Source: Lentisphaeria bacterium
Lineage (GTDB): Bacteria > Verrucomicrobiota > Lentisphaeria > Oligosphaerales > CAITYL01
Assembly: GCA_041648735.1 (NCBI GenBank)
Contig: JBAZOO010000010.1
Coordinates: forward strand, 6,530-70,529
Length of the DNA stretch: 64,000 bases
Direction: 5' to 3'
Part shown: positions 18,234 to 27,145 of the stretch, in pieces
How the letters are laid out: the number at the start of each line of letters is the position of its first letter
Numbering within the stretch: the stretch's first letter is position 1
Position numbers and translations under genes: made by a program
Notes under the pieces: model-generated
Database searches by the model: none
Seen by the model: the letters and a program-made list of their open reading frames with translations, nothing else
Told to the model about the DNA's origin: nothing

Positions 18234-18332
18234 CAGCCGCCGGGGATCGCAAAGTCCGGCGCGGGAGAAGTGTCTTCTCCGTGGTTTCCGTGTGCTCCGT
18301 GCGAAGACCGGATTTGCCTGTCCCCTCAAGGC
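18221..18332 (-). repeat. 112-bp repeat element, copy B (inverted relative to copy A)
   Basis: It is the reverse complement of 5317..5428 with 3 mismatches. The 9-bp string cctcaaggc is present at both junctions (18215-18223 and 18324-18332). Confidence 0.9.
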
Positions 18333-18510
18333 TGGCCTTTCCACCAAGGCCAAGAGCCTCACCGTGTACCAGGAAAAGTTCGCGCCCTCCCGCGCGCTGT
18401 TGTTGGGCGGCAAGAATGCTTGGCGCTCCGGGGCGCGGCTGGGATTGCCGCTGTACGCCGCGGGAATGCTGGACCGGATTCTCGGATCGCGGGACATCCC
18501 TGGATTGTGA
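18322..18510 (+). pseudogene. C-terminal fragment of a DUF4143 AAA ATPase
   Basis: The translation KAGLSTKAKSLTVYQEKFAPSRALLLGGKNAWRSGARLGLPLYAAGML matches the usual C-terminal end of this family (..EVKSG....KSL..F..KF.. ..PLY). It is in a different frame from 17283..18233, and excising the repeat does not restore the frame. Confidence 0.6.
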
Positions 18511-18532
18511 TGGCGCGGACACTCCGGAAGGA

Positions 18533-18562
18533 GAAGACCGGATTTGCCTGTCCCCTCAAGGC
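18533..18562 (-). repeat. 30-bp core of the 112-bp element, third copy
   Basis: The string gaagaccggatttgcctgtcccctcaaggc is identical to 18303..18332 and directly abuts the solo IS66 end. Confidence 0.9.
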
Positions 18563-18565
18563 GCC

Positions 18566-18606
18566 GCCTTCGCCCGCACTCCAGATGGGTCAGCAGCGAC
18601 GCTTAC
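18566..18606 (-). mobile_element. Solo IS66 left end (about 40 bp including the inverted repeat)
   Basis: Its reverse complement gtaagcgtcgctgctgacccatctggagtgcgggcgaagg matches 4970..5009 except within the inverted repeat (tg versus at). Confidence 0.85.
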
Positions 18607-18848
18607 TTTGGGCGTGCCATAGGTACGTCGGGACAGCCCGGCGCCCCCTGCGTGCCTCCGGCACGCGAATTCCATCCAAACTCCTGATACAGGGGCGCCG
18701 CCCCTGCCTATTGTCCGCCTGTCCTTACGGGACAGGTCACGCCCGCCCGATCGCGATTTCGATCCCGATTCCGATTTCGATCACTATGGGAAGAAGGCCC
18801 ATGGGATGCCTGTGAGTTTCAAAGCCTAATCTGTATAAAGGGGGCGCC

Positions 18849-19232
18849 ATGATCGAACGCGAGATGTTGCCACACCTGCTGAAACTGGCGCGCCAGTTCA
18901 AGGCCGTCGTCGGCACAGGCCCCCGCCAAAGCGGTGGGCGGTTCATCATCACGGGCTCGCAGCATCTGGGGCTTCCCGAAAGTGTCAATCCGTCGCTGGC
19001 CGGTCGCGTCGCCCTCCTTGAACTGCTACCGTACTCCAAGCAGGAGATCGCACACGGCGGATACGCGCCGGACACGTTGGACTTGGCCCTCTTTACTGGC
19101 GCTTATCCACGGTATACGATCAGAAACCGGACACGGAGCAGTGGTACAACAGCTATATTGCCACCTACCTCGAGCGCGGTGTCCGCACCATCCTCAACGT
19201 CCGCAACCTCCTCCTTTTCCAACTCTTCCTGA
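18849..19232 (+). pseudogene. Second AAA ATPase (AAA_14/DUF4143) remnant with internal deletions and a frameshift
   Basis: The sequence MIEREMLPHLLKLARQFKAVVGTGPRQSG lacks the KT of the Walker A. It continues FIITGSQHLGL...LAGRVALLELLPYS. In another frame it reads YIATYLERGVRTILNVRNLLLFQLFLMLCAANAGQ. It overlaps the 3' end of the convergent gene 19194..20312. Confidence 0.7.
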
Positions 19233-20312
19233 TGTTGTGTGCGGCAAATGCCGGACAATGGAACCTGAACTTTCCTCCACGACAATCTCATCGGCTTTCA
19301 GCAACACCTTGGCCAGCACTTCCTTGCAATAGCCGCACGACTGGCATTCCCCGGTGCAACCGGTGGTCTTCTCAAACCAGTCGGCCGGAAACTTTGCATT
19401 GCTGATATAATGCTGCCCAAGGCTCTTGGAATGGTTGGGTTCCAGCAAATCCAATAGATTCCCCCTATATTTTCCGGCAATGTAGGCCTGGAGAATGGAA
19501 AGGGGCCGCGCACTCATTCGGGTCGCCAGCTTCATTGCCGGGAACAGCCCCTCGTAGTGATGGACATCCTCCGGGCGGATCCAGGTGTTTTGCAGCAAGG
19601 ACACCCAGTTTTCGGGCTTCCCGTAATAATTCCAGCAGACAAACGGGTTGAAATCGTCGAGGTTTTTCGTTTCCTGAATCTCCTTCTCGTGCGCCACCGC
19701 ATTGTCATGGAAAGTCTGGCCCGAGCAAAAGCGCAGGCAGCCGCTGTTCGCCAGGAGGTGGAGAGTCTTTCCCTGCCTATCGGTCCAGGACTTGATTTTT
19801 CGAATGGAGTCCAGATTGCGGTTGAAATCCCGCTGGAGATAATAGCCGTCAAAGCGGTCGCCCAGATATTGCATCCCCTTGACATCCCCGATGCGCATGT
19901 TGACTGACGCCCGGGTTTTGATGTCGGGGAACTGGGTCTTGACCACCTTGGCGATGAAGGGGGAGGCAGTGGTCACGCACTCCAGCCCGCCTGCCACCTC
20001 ACGGATGTGTTCAATGACGGAACGGACATAATTGCCCAAGTATTGGGAGACGGCCTTCCCCCCATGGCAATTGGCGTTGAACAGGAGATTCAGCTTGATG
20101 CCGGCTTGCCTCAGCATCCCCAAATCGTTTTCCAGGAACGCCTGGCCATCCCAATTGATTTTCCCCCCCTGATTGATAAGGGAGGCCCGGCAGGTCTCGG
20201 AATCCAGCCAAGGGAAATAGACTTCCTCGACATGCTCCGCCAGCCGGCAAAGAGAGTGGGAGAAAGGCTGGCCGGTCTCATCGAAAAATTGATAGCCGAC
20301 GCTGAATTTCAT
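19194..20312 (-). CDS. Cys-rich hypothetical protein, weakly peptidase-U32-like (TIM-barrel / Fe-S candidate)
   Basis: This is a clean 372-aa ORF in a lower-GC stretch, MKFSVGYQFF...EVYFPW...LNLLFNANC. It has a Cys pair GCLRFC and a C-terminal cluster CTGECQSCGYC. The last ~25 codons are antisense to the ATPase remnant, so the native 3' end may have been replaced. The U32 assignment is from memory of family features and I could not find the PROSITE signature. Confidence 0.6.
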   Translation of the reverse strand: MKFSVGYQFFDETGQPFSHSLCRLAEHVEEVYFPWLDSETCRASLINQGGKINWDGQAFLENDLGMLRQAGIKLNLLFNANCHGGKAVSQYLGNYVRSVIEHIREVAGGLECVTTASPFIAKVVKTQFPDIKTRASVNMRIGDVKGMQYLGDRFDGYYLQRDFNRNLDSIRKIKSWTDRQGKTLHLLANSGCLRFCSGQTFHDNAVAHEKEIQETKNLDDFNPFVCWNYYGKPENWVSLLQNTWIRPEDVHHYEGLFPAMKLATRMSARPLSILQAYIAGKYRGNLLDLLEPNHSKSLGQHYISNAKFPADWFEKTTGCTGECQSCGYCKEVLAKVLLKADEIVVEESSGSIVRHLPHTTSGRVGKGGGCGR

Positions 20313-20346
20313 GCGTTCCGCCTCCGGGCCGGTGGCCGCCGGCCGG

Positions 20347-21441
20347 TCATTCCTGTTCCCCAGTATAGTCGGTCAATTTTTCATCCCTTTGGGCGGTGGC
20401 CGCATCCTTTTTCTCGCCATAAAGGCCCGCCAAGAGCTTCGCGGGATCCAAACGCCAAGGCTTGCGGATCCGGAACTTCGTGTGGAACTTGTTTTCCAGC
20501 TTGCCCTGCTGCTCGAGATGGATCATGCACTCCCGCTGGCAGGTTGCCCCGCACATGCAGCTCGGATGACGGAAGTTCTTGGTGCCCACGACGCTGGGGC
20601 CGTGTTTTTCATACGCCACGTCGAACGAGGCCCAGCGGCTGTGGATTTTGCGTTGCTTCAGGTATCCCGCATCGTCGTTGTAGACGCTTTTCATCATCCA
20701 GCGGGTCAATTCCGAGTCGTCCCGACCGTCATAGAGGAAAGGATTGGTCTCCTCGCTGCCGCACTGGAAGCCGATCCAGCAGCGCTCCTCGTCCAGCTTG
20801 GCATATTCATAGGTTTTCCCCTCCAGCTCAAAACTGACCTTTTCATCAGGGGAAATCGCCTTGGCCGGGCATTTTTTTACGCAGATCTTGCAGTTGTCGC
20901 AAAGATAAGGCTTCATGATCGGATCGGGCTCCAACTCGGCATCGGTGAAGATGAACGCCAAGCGTTGCCGCGGCCCGAACTTGGGGGTGAGGAAAATGTT
21001 GCTCCAGCCGATTTCACCCATGCCGCAAATGACGCCCGCAATGCGGAAATGAAGGAAAATGCTGGGATTGGGGTAGCCCTCCCTCACCGGAACGCCTTCA
21101 TTGACGTTGTAGCGGATCGCGGTGTTGTTGTAAATGACCGCCTCGTAGCCATGATCCTCGATGTATGACCCAAGTTCCCGCATCACGACCGGCATATGGA
21201 CGTCGTTGATGTTGGCGTACCCGACCGATGAATACATCCCCCAGTGGGTTCCTTCCTCCATCGGCCGGTACAGCCCCCGATGCACCCTGAAGGCCAGGCC
21301 GATAACCGACTTGGCTTCCGGAAAGAGATAGCGGGGATCATGGTTCTTCGGGGCCCCTTCGAACCGATCCATCGAACCGATTCCACACAGGTCGGCACCG
21401 AGATTCAATGCCATTTCTTTTACCATTTGCGACGTTATCAT
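20347..21441 (-). CDS. Reductive-dehalogenase / epoxyqueuosine-reductase (QueG)-superfamily 4Fe-4S protein, cytoplasmic
   Basis: The ATG at 21441 is preceded by aaggtgg. The N-terminus is MITSQMVKEMALNLGADLCGIG, then AKSVIGLAF. The family-typical GMGEIGWSNIFLTPKFGPRQRLAFIFTDAELEPD is present. The ferredoxin motif is CDNCKICVKKCP and a second Cys cluster is CMCGATCQREC. There is no Tat or Sec signal. Confidence 0.75.
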   Translation of the reverse strand: MITSQMVKEMALNLGADLCGIGSMDRFEGAPKNHDPRYLFPEAKSVIGLAFRVHRGLYRPMEEGTHWGMYSSVGYANINDVHMPVVMRELGSYIEDHGYEAVIYNNTAIRYNVNEGVPVREGYPNPSIFLHFRIAGVICGMGEIGWSNIFLTPKFGPRQRLAFIFTDAELEPDPIMKPYLCDNCKICVKKCPAKAISPDEKVSFELEGKTYEYAKLDEERCWIGFQCGSEETNPFLYDGRDDSELTRWMMKSVYNDDAGYLKQRKIHSRWASFDVAYEKHGPSVVGTKNFRHPSCMCGATCQRECMIHLEQQGKLENKFHTKFRIRKPWRLDPAKLLAGLYGEKKDAATAQRDEKLTDYTGEQE

Positions 21442-21544
21442 TTTTCGCCACCTTTCGCTGCTGCTCACACCTGGTTGTCATTGCCGCGGCAACGGGCGCC
21501 CGTTGCCTGGCGGCGGCTTGTCCACGCCACGCGAACCGTCCGGA

Positions 21545-23536
21545 TCAGGGGCGGTTGAGGGTCTGCCCCGGCCAGTCGTCCGTCCGGAACGGGGATGCCG
21601 GCAACCCGTTCTTGTTGTAAAGGTTGCAGCCGGCCGGCCAGCGGTCCCAGGCATAGCGCACGGCGATTGGCTTTTCCACCTCATCGGCTGACACGACAAT
21701 GGTGTCGCCATCAATGACGGCCTTGCCCCAGACGAACTTCCGGTCCTCCCCGGCAATGGCAAACTGCTTCAGTTCCCCGCCCCGGGCCTCCAGTCCAGCC
21801 CCGACATGGTCAAAACGAAGGCGGATTTTCCCCTCTTCCAGCGTCATGGCTTTGTAGAGTGGCCCCGAACAGGGTTGCTCTTTGCCATAGGTTTTCGCCT
21901 CCGCCCAGAGGGCGAGACGCAGCCCGACAGCCTGCTTGTTTTTCGGATGGATGTTGTTGGCCTCGCCCAGGTCAATGGCCACCGCCATGCCAGTGTTGGG
22001 CAATCGCAGCGCCAGGAGCTGGGCTTCCCGCAGCTCGGCCCAGTCGTCTTCATTGATATGCGGCAGAAGTTCAGTTTCGGGCACGGGCTTCCCTGGCTGT
22101 TCGCGGTAGAAATTGGCGAGCTGGACATAGTAGAAGGGGAAGTCACCTTGCCCCCAAGCACCACGCCAGGACTGGATCAAGGCGGGGAGGAGCTTCCGAT
22201 ATTTGTAGGCGCGCCAGGCGTTGCTCTCCCCCTGATACCAGATCACGCCGCGGATCGCCAAGGGGATGAGCGGATGCACCATCCCATTGTAGAGGCCGGC
22301 GGGGAGGCTGGGATCGCCCGTGCTGTAGACCTCAAGGGACTTCATGGGCAGACTGGCCTTGTAGCGCCACTGGCCAGCCAAGGAAAGCTCCGCCTGGCCA
22401 TCCTTCCGGACAAGCTTGACCCCGCCATCGCCACCGAGGATCCCGCAGAATTTGCTCCGGTCGAAAACGCGCACGGCGACCACGTTCCGCCCCGCCTTCA
22501 CCAGATTCCCGGGGACCATGTAGGCCCGGGAGATCGCCGCAGGCGCCTTGACCCCTGCGCCGGTCCGCCCCACCTCCACCCCGTTGAACCAGGCAATGTC
22601 CTCATCATCAATCTTCCCCAACTGCAACGTCAGCTCTTGCCCCGCCCATTCCGCGGGCAGCTCCAGCGTCTTCCGGAACCAGATGGCGCCATCAATCCAG
22701 TTTCCGGTGGCGCCCTCGAACATGCCGGGAACCGGCACGGGCAGCCAATACCGGTCGTCAAAGGCTTCCTCGCTCCAAGCGGTTTCCTTCTCCTGGATCC
22801 CCGGATCGGCATAGGCCGCTTCCGCGCGCCCTTCCTCCTGGCACTTCCGGGTGAAATCAATCGCCTCCTGCCGGCATTTGACGGTCCGCGCGAAGTCGGG
22901 ATCCTTGGCCAATGCCGCGCCACTGGTCCAGGCTTCGGCGGGCGTGGCGCCCACGGCGGCGCTGACCAGTCCGACGGGCACGTCCAGCGTCGCATTCAGG
23001 CGACGTCCGAAATAATAGGCGACCGCGGAGAAATTCGCCGCCGATTGGGAAGTGCATTCCTCCCATCGCCCTTGCAGTCCGGTGGCCGGCTCAACGGCAA
23101 CCGTTGTCCGGATTTTGAACAAGCGGATGGCCGGATGGTTGGCCCGGGCGACCTCCTCGGTGGCATTGTCCGTCCGTTTCAACGCCAGTTCCATGTTGGA
23201 TTGTCCGGAGCAGACCCAGACTTCGCCGACCAGGACATTCTTCACCCGGACCGACTTCGCCGCCCCCCGGACCACCATTTCATACGGGCCGCCGGCCGGG
23301 AATGGCCCCACCTTGACCAGCCATTCGCCCTGTCCGTTGCATTGGCCATGGAAATTTCGTCCGCCGATTTCGACGCTAATTTCCTCGCCAGGCGAGGCCG
23401 TCCCCCATACCGGCACTTCCCGGTCGCGCTGCAGCACGCAATTGTCGCCGAACAACGGATGGGGAACCAGTTCATTGGCACGGATTGCCGATGTCCAAAA
23501 CAGCAACGGCAGAAGGATTGCGGCAACAAGCTTCAT
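21545..23536 (-). CDS. Sialate 9-O-acetylesterase-like carbohydrate esterase (SASA/DUF303 domain)
   Basis: The signal peptide is MKLVAAILLPLLFWTSAIRA (ATG 23536; an alternative ATG lies at 23551). The catalytic motif is VWVCSGQSNMELAL. The protein is about 660 aa and has a second esterase lobe. Confidence 0.8.
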   Translation of the reverse strand: MKLVAAILLPLLFWTSAIRANELVPHPLFGDNCVLQRDREVPVWGTASPGEEISVEIGGRNFHGQCNGQGEWLVKVGPFPAGGPYEMVVRGAAKSVRVKNVLVGEVWVCSGQSNMELALKRTDNATEEVARANHPAIRLFKIRTTVAVEPATGLQGRWEECTSQSAANFSAVAYYFGRRLNATLDVPVGLVSAAVGATPAEAWTSGAALAKDPDFARTVKCRQEAIDFTRKCQEEGRAEAAYADPGIQEKETAWSEEAFDDRYWLPVPVPGMFEGATGNWIDGAIWFRKTLELPAEWAGQELTLQLGKIDDEDIAWFNGVEVGRTGAGVKAPAAISRAYMVPGNLVKAGRNVVAVRVFDRSKFCGILGGDGGVKLVRKDGQAELSLAGQWRYKASLPMKSLEVYSTGDPSLPAGLYNGMVHPLIPLAIRGVIWYQGESNAWRAYKYRKLLPALIQSWRGAWGQGDFPFYYVQLANFYREQPGKPVPETELLPHINEDDWAELREAQLLALRLPNTGMAVAIDLGEANNIHPKNKQAVGLRLALWAEAKTYGKEQPCSGPLYKAMTLEEGKIRLRFDHVGAGLEARGGELKQFAIAGEDRKFVWGKAVIDGDTIVVSADEVEKPIAVRYAWDRWPAGCNLYNKNGLPASPFRTDDWPGQTLNRP

Positions 23537-23561
23537 CAGGGGCGTCTCCATACTTGGCTTC

Positions 23562-26300
23562 TTATCTTTGATTGGCTGAATCCAATACCATTTGGACATT
23601 GTCGATCTCGATGTGGCTGTTCTCCGAATCCAGCCCTATTTTCACAACGCCTTTCGTATTCTCCCCGGCGATTTTCAGCCGGAGCGTGATGGTTTTCCAT
23701 TCGCCAGTCCCCATCAGCCGCTCGGAAGCGATGGTTTTCCAGGTTCCGGCCTGGTTTTGCTCCACGACAATCTCGCCACTCCCGCCTTGGGAGATTTTCA
23801 CGTCTGCCGACAAGATCCAGCCACCCGGGACATCCAGAGAGACAACCTGCCCCGTGGCCACTGATTTCAGCGCGCCGGCGGTGGCAAGCTTGAGCGCGTA
23901 GTTGCCAGTCTTGCCGGGGACAAAACTCATGGCGCCAGGGGAAGTCCCCCAAGGGCGCAAATCCCAAGAAACCGGACGCGCGAGGGATTCATCGGCCATG
24001 TAGTCGCCTTCGCGTTTCTCAAAGCCGCCATTGGCGATGATGTTGCCGTGCTCCCGGACAGCCTTGGCAATTCGCAGCTTTTCCGAACTCACAACATAGA
24101 GCATTCCCGTGACCTCAAGAGGCGCCGCCGCCTTTGGGACTCCCCGGAACAGGCTCTTGCCGTATAGATCGGTGACTCCCAGCTCAAGAGGCGCCTGGGT
24201 GGGGGCAAGAGTCAGGAGGACGCGCCCGTTTTCCACGGCAAAGACATTGAGGGACGAGCCGTCCGTGCGCCGGAATTCCCAGGAATGAAACCGACCGTCA
24301 GTCCCTTCGACAGCCCCGAGGTATTGGTCGCAGACCCGCAGTTGCCGGGCCAGTTCCGCGGTCACCGCGTAGAAGGGGGTGATTTTCAGTTCGCCATAGT
24401 TCCGGTCCAACTCGCCGCCGTGCAGGAAAAACTTCGCGTAGCCCTGGGAGAGGAACCAGAGCGCCTTATAGACCACCTGGTAATCATCGGTCGGTTGTTC
24501 ATACATGTATTCGCTCATCCACAGCGGGACGCCGGGCTTGGCGGCGCGAACCGCCCGGGTATTGTCCGCCAAGGTCCCCAGGTCGGTATAACCATGCACG
24601 TTGAAAATGTCAAAGTGCCGCGCGGCGCCCAACGCGAGCAAATCCTTGGCCATTTCGGCGTCGGTGATGCCAGGGCTCAGGCTGAAGCCCGAAGTCAGCA
24701 CCTGGCAACTCGGATCAATCCCTTTGATGACGGCAGCGGCACTTTTAAGCAGTTCCAAGTACTCCCGCGTGGAACCGCTGAAGGTGGCATGCATGGCCGG
24801 CGGATGGAAATCCACTTCGTTGTAGATTTCCCAATACTTGACTTGGCCGTGGTAGCGTTCGACCACCGCCCGGACGTAGGCCTTCCATTCGTCCAGGCTC
24901 TTTGGCTGATAGCGGTCCGGGTTGCGGGAATACCTTCCCAGTTTGCCCAGCCCCTTCAGGCGTTCCATCTCCGCCTCCGAATACGTGCTTGCCCACGCCG
25001 GCGGATAACCTAGCACACCAAGGAGTTGCAATCCTTCCCTTCTTGCCGCGGCCACCGACCGGTCCGCGGCCTCCCAGTGGAATTTCCCCTTTCCCGGTTC
25101 GACGACGCACCACAGCCAGCACCGTTCCCTGGCCCAGGCCCGGTGCCACTGGATGCCAAGCTGGGAAAAAGCATTGGGCTTGACACCGAACAGATGATGG
25201 TGGCCAAGATAGTCCGCCAGTTTCCCGGGCTTGAGGTTGCCGGCATCCCGCGGCTGGTTGACAAAGGCAATGTCGTAAGACGCACCTTCTTCCCCGGCGG
25301 CGGCGATGGTCACAACCGCTTCATGATAGCCGCTCTCTTCCATGGCCGGCAAAGCGATCGCGAAAGGCCGGTAATGCGCGCCGGGGGCGACGGTGACCGC
25401 CCACTTCCCCTTCGCCACCGCCGTGCCGGCGCGGTCGCGGACCGCGCACGTAACTTCAAAACGTACCGGTCCCCCGCTGTAATTCACGCCGCGCAAAGGC
25501 AGCTTGATCGCCTGGCCGGCCGGGGTCACAAAAGAAGAGGCCCGGCGCACGGGGAAAAGCCCCGCCCGGTAGCCATCCTTTTGCCAGGCCGTCACGGGGG
25601 CCTGCGCCATGCCATCGCCGGCGAGGAGCGTCGTCTGCCCGTCCGCGGCCAGGGGCAGGCGCCCCGCCAGTTCAGCCCCGGTCCGGGCGGCAGCGGAAAT
25701 CCGCAGGGCACGGACATGGTAGCCCCCCTGCACTCCGGAGTCGAGGGCGTAGCCCACCCGCAGCCGCTCCGGCAACTGCGCCAACCCGCCCCGAAAAGGT
25801 TTGGCGGCCAGTTTCCGCCCATCGAACCAAAGGCCGGCCTCGCCGTTCCCCCACGATACGGCAAGGCGGCGCACCGTCTCCTTGCCCGGCGCTTCCAACA
25901 AGGGCGGACAGGGAACCGACATGTAGGCTGCCGATTGGGGACCGCGGACAACCACTGACAGGTCGCGGCCATCAACCGGCGGGCAAAGCACCAGCGACAG
26001 GATGGAGACACCCACCCCGGGGCCGCCGTTGCCCGAAACGCTGATCAAATTCTGGTAATCACCGGTCAAATCCTCGCGCGGCACCCGAAAAACCACATCC
26101 ATCTCAACCGTGCCCTCGGCTTGGTTGAGGATGCCGGGCGCCCAGTAGCTCAATTCGCAGCCGGCATCGGAAGCCAGGTCGCCAGCCAGCGTGGAGGCCA
26201 CCGCCGTTGGCTCCCCCACCCAGACACAGCCAAACCCGGCGCCCAATGCCATGGCAGCCAGCATCGCGAAACCGCGGAATCCGTGAAAGAAGGGCATCAT
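23562..26300 (-). CDS. Large secreted multidomain glycoside hydrolase (LamG-like N-terminal domain, clan GH-A catalytic domain, CBM4_9-like C-terminal domain)
   Basis: The ATG at 26300 gives MMPFFHGFRGFAMLAAMALGAG (signal). The GH-A motifs are YWEIYNEVDF and PLWMSEYMY. The C-terminal IIANGGFEKREGDY is typical of CenC-type CBMs. Confidence 0.8.
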   Translation of the reverse strand: MMPFFHGFRGFAMLAAMALGAGFGCVWVGEPTAVASTLAGDLASDAGCELSYWAPGILNQAEGTVEMDVVFRVPREDLTGDYQNLISVSGNGGPGVGVSILSLVLCPPVDGRDLSVVVRGPQSAAYMSVPCPPLLEAPGKETVRRLAVSWGNGEAGLWFDGRKLAAKPFRGGLAQLPERLRVGYALDSGVQGGYHVRALRISAAARTGAELAGRLPLAADGQTTLLAGDGMAQAPVTAWQKDGYRAGLFPVRRASSFVTPAGQAIKLPLRGVNYSGGPVRFEVTCAVRDRAGTAVAKGKWAVTVAPGAHYRPFAIALPAMEESGYHEAVVTIAAAGEEGASYDIAFVNQPRDAGNLKPGKLADYLGHHHLFGVKPNAFSQLGIQWHRAWARERCWLWCVVEPGKGKFHWEAADRSVAAARREGLQLLGVLGYPPAWASTYSEAEMERLKGLGKLGRYSRNPDRYQPKSLDEWKAYVRAVVERYHGQVKYWEIYNEVDFHPPAMHATFSGSTREYLELLKSAAAVIKGIDPSCQVLTSGFSLSPGITDAEMAKDLLALGAARHFDIFNVHGYTDLGTLADNTRAVRAAKPGVPLWMSEYMYEQPTDDYQVVYKALWFLSQGYAKFFLHGGELDRNYGELKITPFYAVTAELARQLRVCDQYLGAVEGTDGRFHSWEFRRTDGSSLNVFAVENGRVLLTLAPTQAPLELGVTDLYGKSLFRGVPKAAAPLEVTGMLYVVSSEKLRIAKAVREHGNIIANGGFEKREGDYMADESLARPVSWDLRPWGTSPGAMSFVPGKTGNYALKLATAGALKSVATGQVVSLDVPGGWILSADVKISQGGSGEIVVEQNQAGTWKTIASERLMGTGEWKTITLRLKIAGENTKGVVKIGLDSENSHIEIDNVQMVLDSANQR

Positions 26301-26392
26301 CTCAAAACCCCATTGGCAGCCTTTTCCGGGCAAGCCGTGTCACAAGAAATCGTACCCATGCCGCAGGCCCAACGCCCCCGCCGGCCGGGCCG

Positions 26393-27025
26393 TCACCACC
26401 ATTTCCAGCAGGGATTGGTGGGCGGGGGGGCAAGAACCCCTTTGATCGTTTCGACATGGCCGTCGGCCATCAAGTAGTTGGCGCCGCCCTGGTGCCGGTA
26501 TTCGAGCTGCCCCCAGGTGGAAGCCGTGGCCGGGCCGCACACTTCAATGTTCTGGTTGATCTCGCCCAGCAGCAGCGTCTTGTCGGGGCTGGGGGGCGCC
26601 GCCAGCCGATAGGCCCATGGATACCCCGCTTGGATCCAGCCGTTGTAGGCATAGGAGACGACCCGCGGTGCGGAAGGTTGGAACGACGGGCAGATCAGCA
26701 CGCCAGAAGCACGCAGCTTGGGCGACGTCCCCAGGATCCCGTCGGAAATCCCAATGTATGGCGCCAGCTTTTCATGCCAGGATGTGGTATCGCCTGGCAC
26801 CGAGAGATAGACCGAAGGGAACCGCTCCTCGTAATCGCCGGCATAGTTGATGAGCCCCAGGCTGATTTGCCGCTGGTTGTTCAGGCAGGCGACGCTCTTG
26901 GCCATCTCCTTCGCCCGCCCCAGGGCCGGCAGCAGCATGGCGGCGAGGATGGCAATGATGGCAATGACCACCAGCAGCTCGATCAGCGTGAACCGGGCCT
27001 CTTCTTGATGGGCAAGCTTGTGCAT
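26393..27025 (-). CDS. Prepilin-type N-terminal methylation domain protein (DUF1559-like pseudopilin)
   Basis: The N-terminus is [35 protein letters not shown]. The ATG at 27025 follows gaggtg (the ORF track starts at GTG 27031). The C-terminus is [13 protein letters not shown]. Position -1 of the cleavage site is R rather than the usual G. Confidence 0.8.
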   Translation of the reverse strand: MHKLAHQEEARFTLIELLVVIAIIAILAAMLLPALGRAKEMAKSVACLNNQRQISLGLINYAGDYEERFPSVYLSVPGDTTSWHEKLAPYIGISDGILGTSPKLRASGVLICPSFQPSAPRVVSYAYNGWIQAGYPWAYRLAAPPSPDKTLLLGEINQNIEVCGPATASTWGQLEYRHQGGANYLMADGHVETIKGVLAPPPTNPCWKWW

Positions 27026-27057
27026 CGGCACCTCATTGCATTCCCAATATTGGTTCC

Positions 27058-27145
27058 ATGCCCTTGACTATAGTTATGGTGGCTGGAGCCTTCAATTCCC
27101 ATTTCCGGCTATTATTTCCGGAAACCGGCCAAGCCGCACGGGGGC
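27058..27145 (-). promoter_or_regulatory. Conserved promoter module, copy 1 (-35 TTGAAG, 17-bp spacer, -10 TATAGT, plus an upstream conserved block with palindrome TTTCCGGAAA)
   Basis: The minus strand reads ttggccggtttccggaaataatagccggaaatgggaattgaaggctccagccaccataactatagtcaagggcatgg. The same architecture and flanking blocks recur at 34188..34272. Function is inferred from consensus-like hexamers and position upstream of 26393..27025. Confidence 0.5.
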
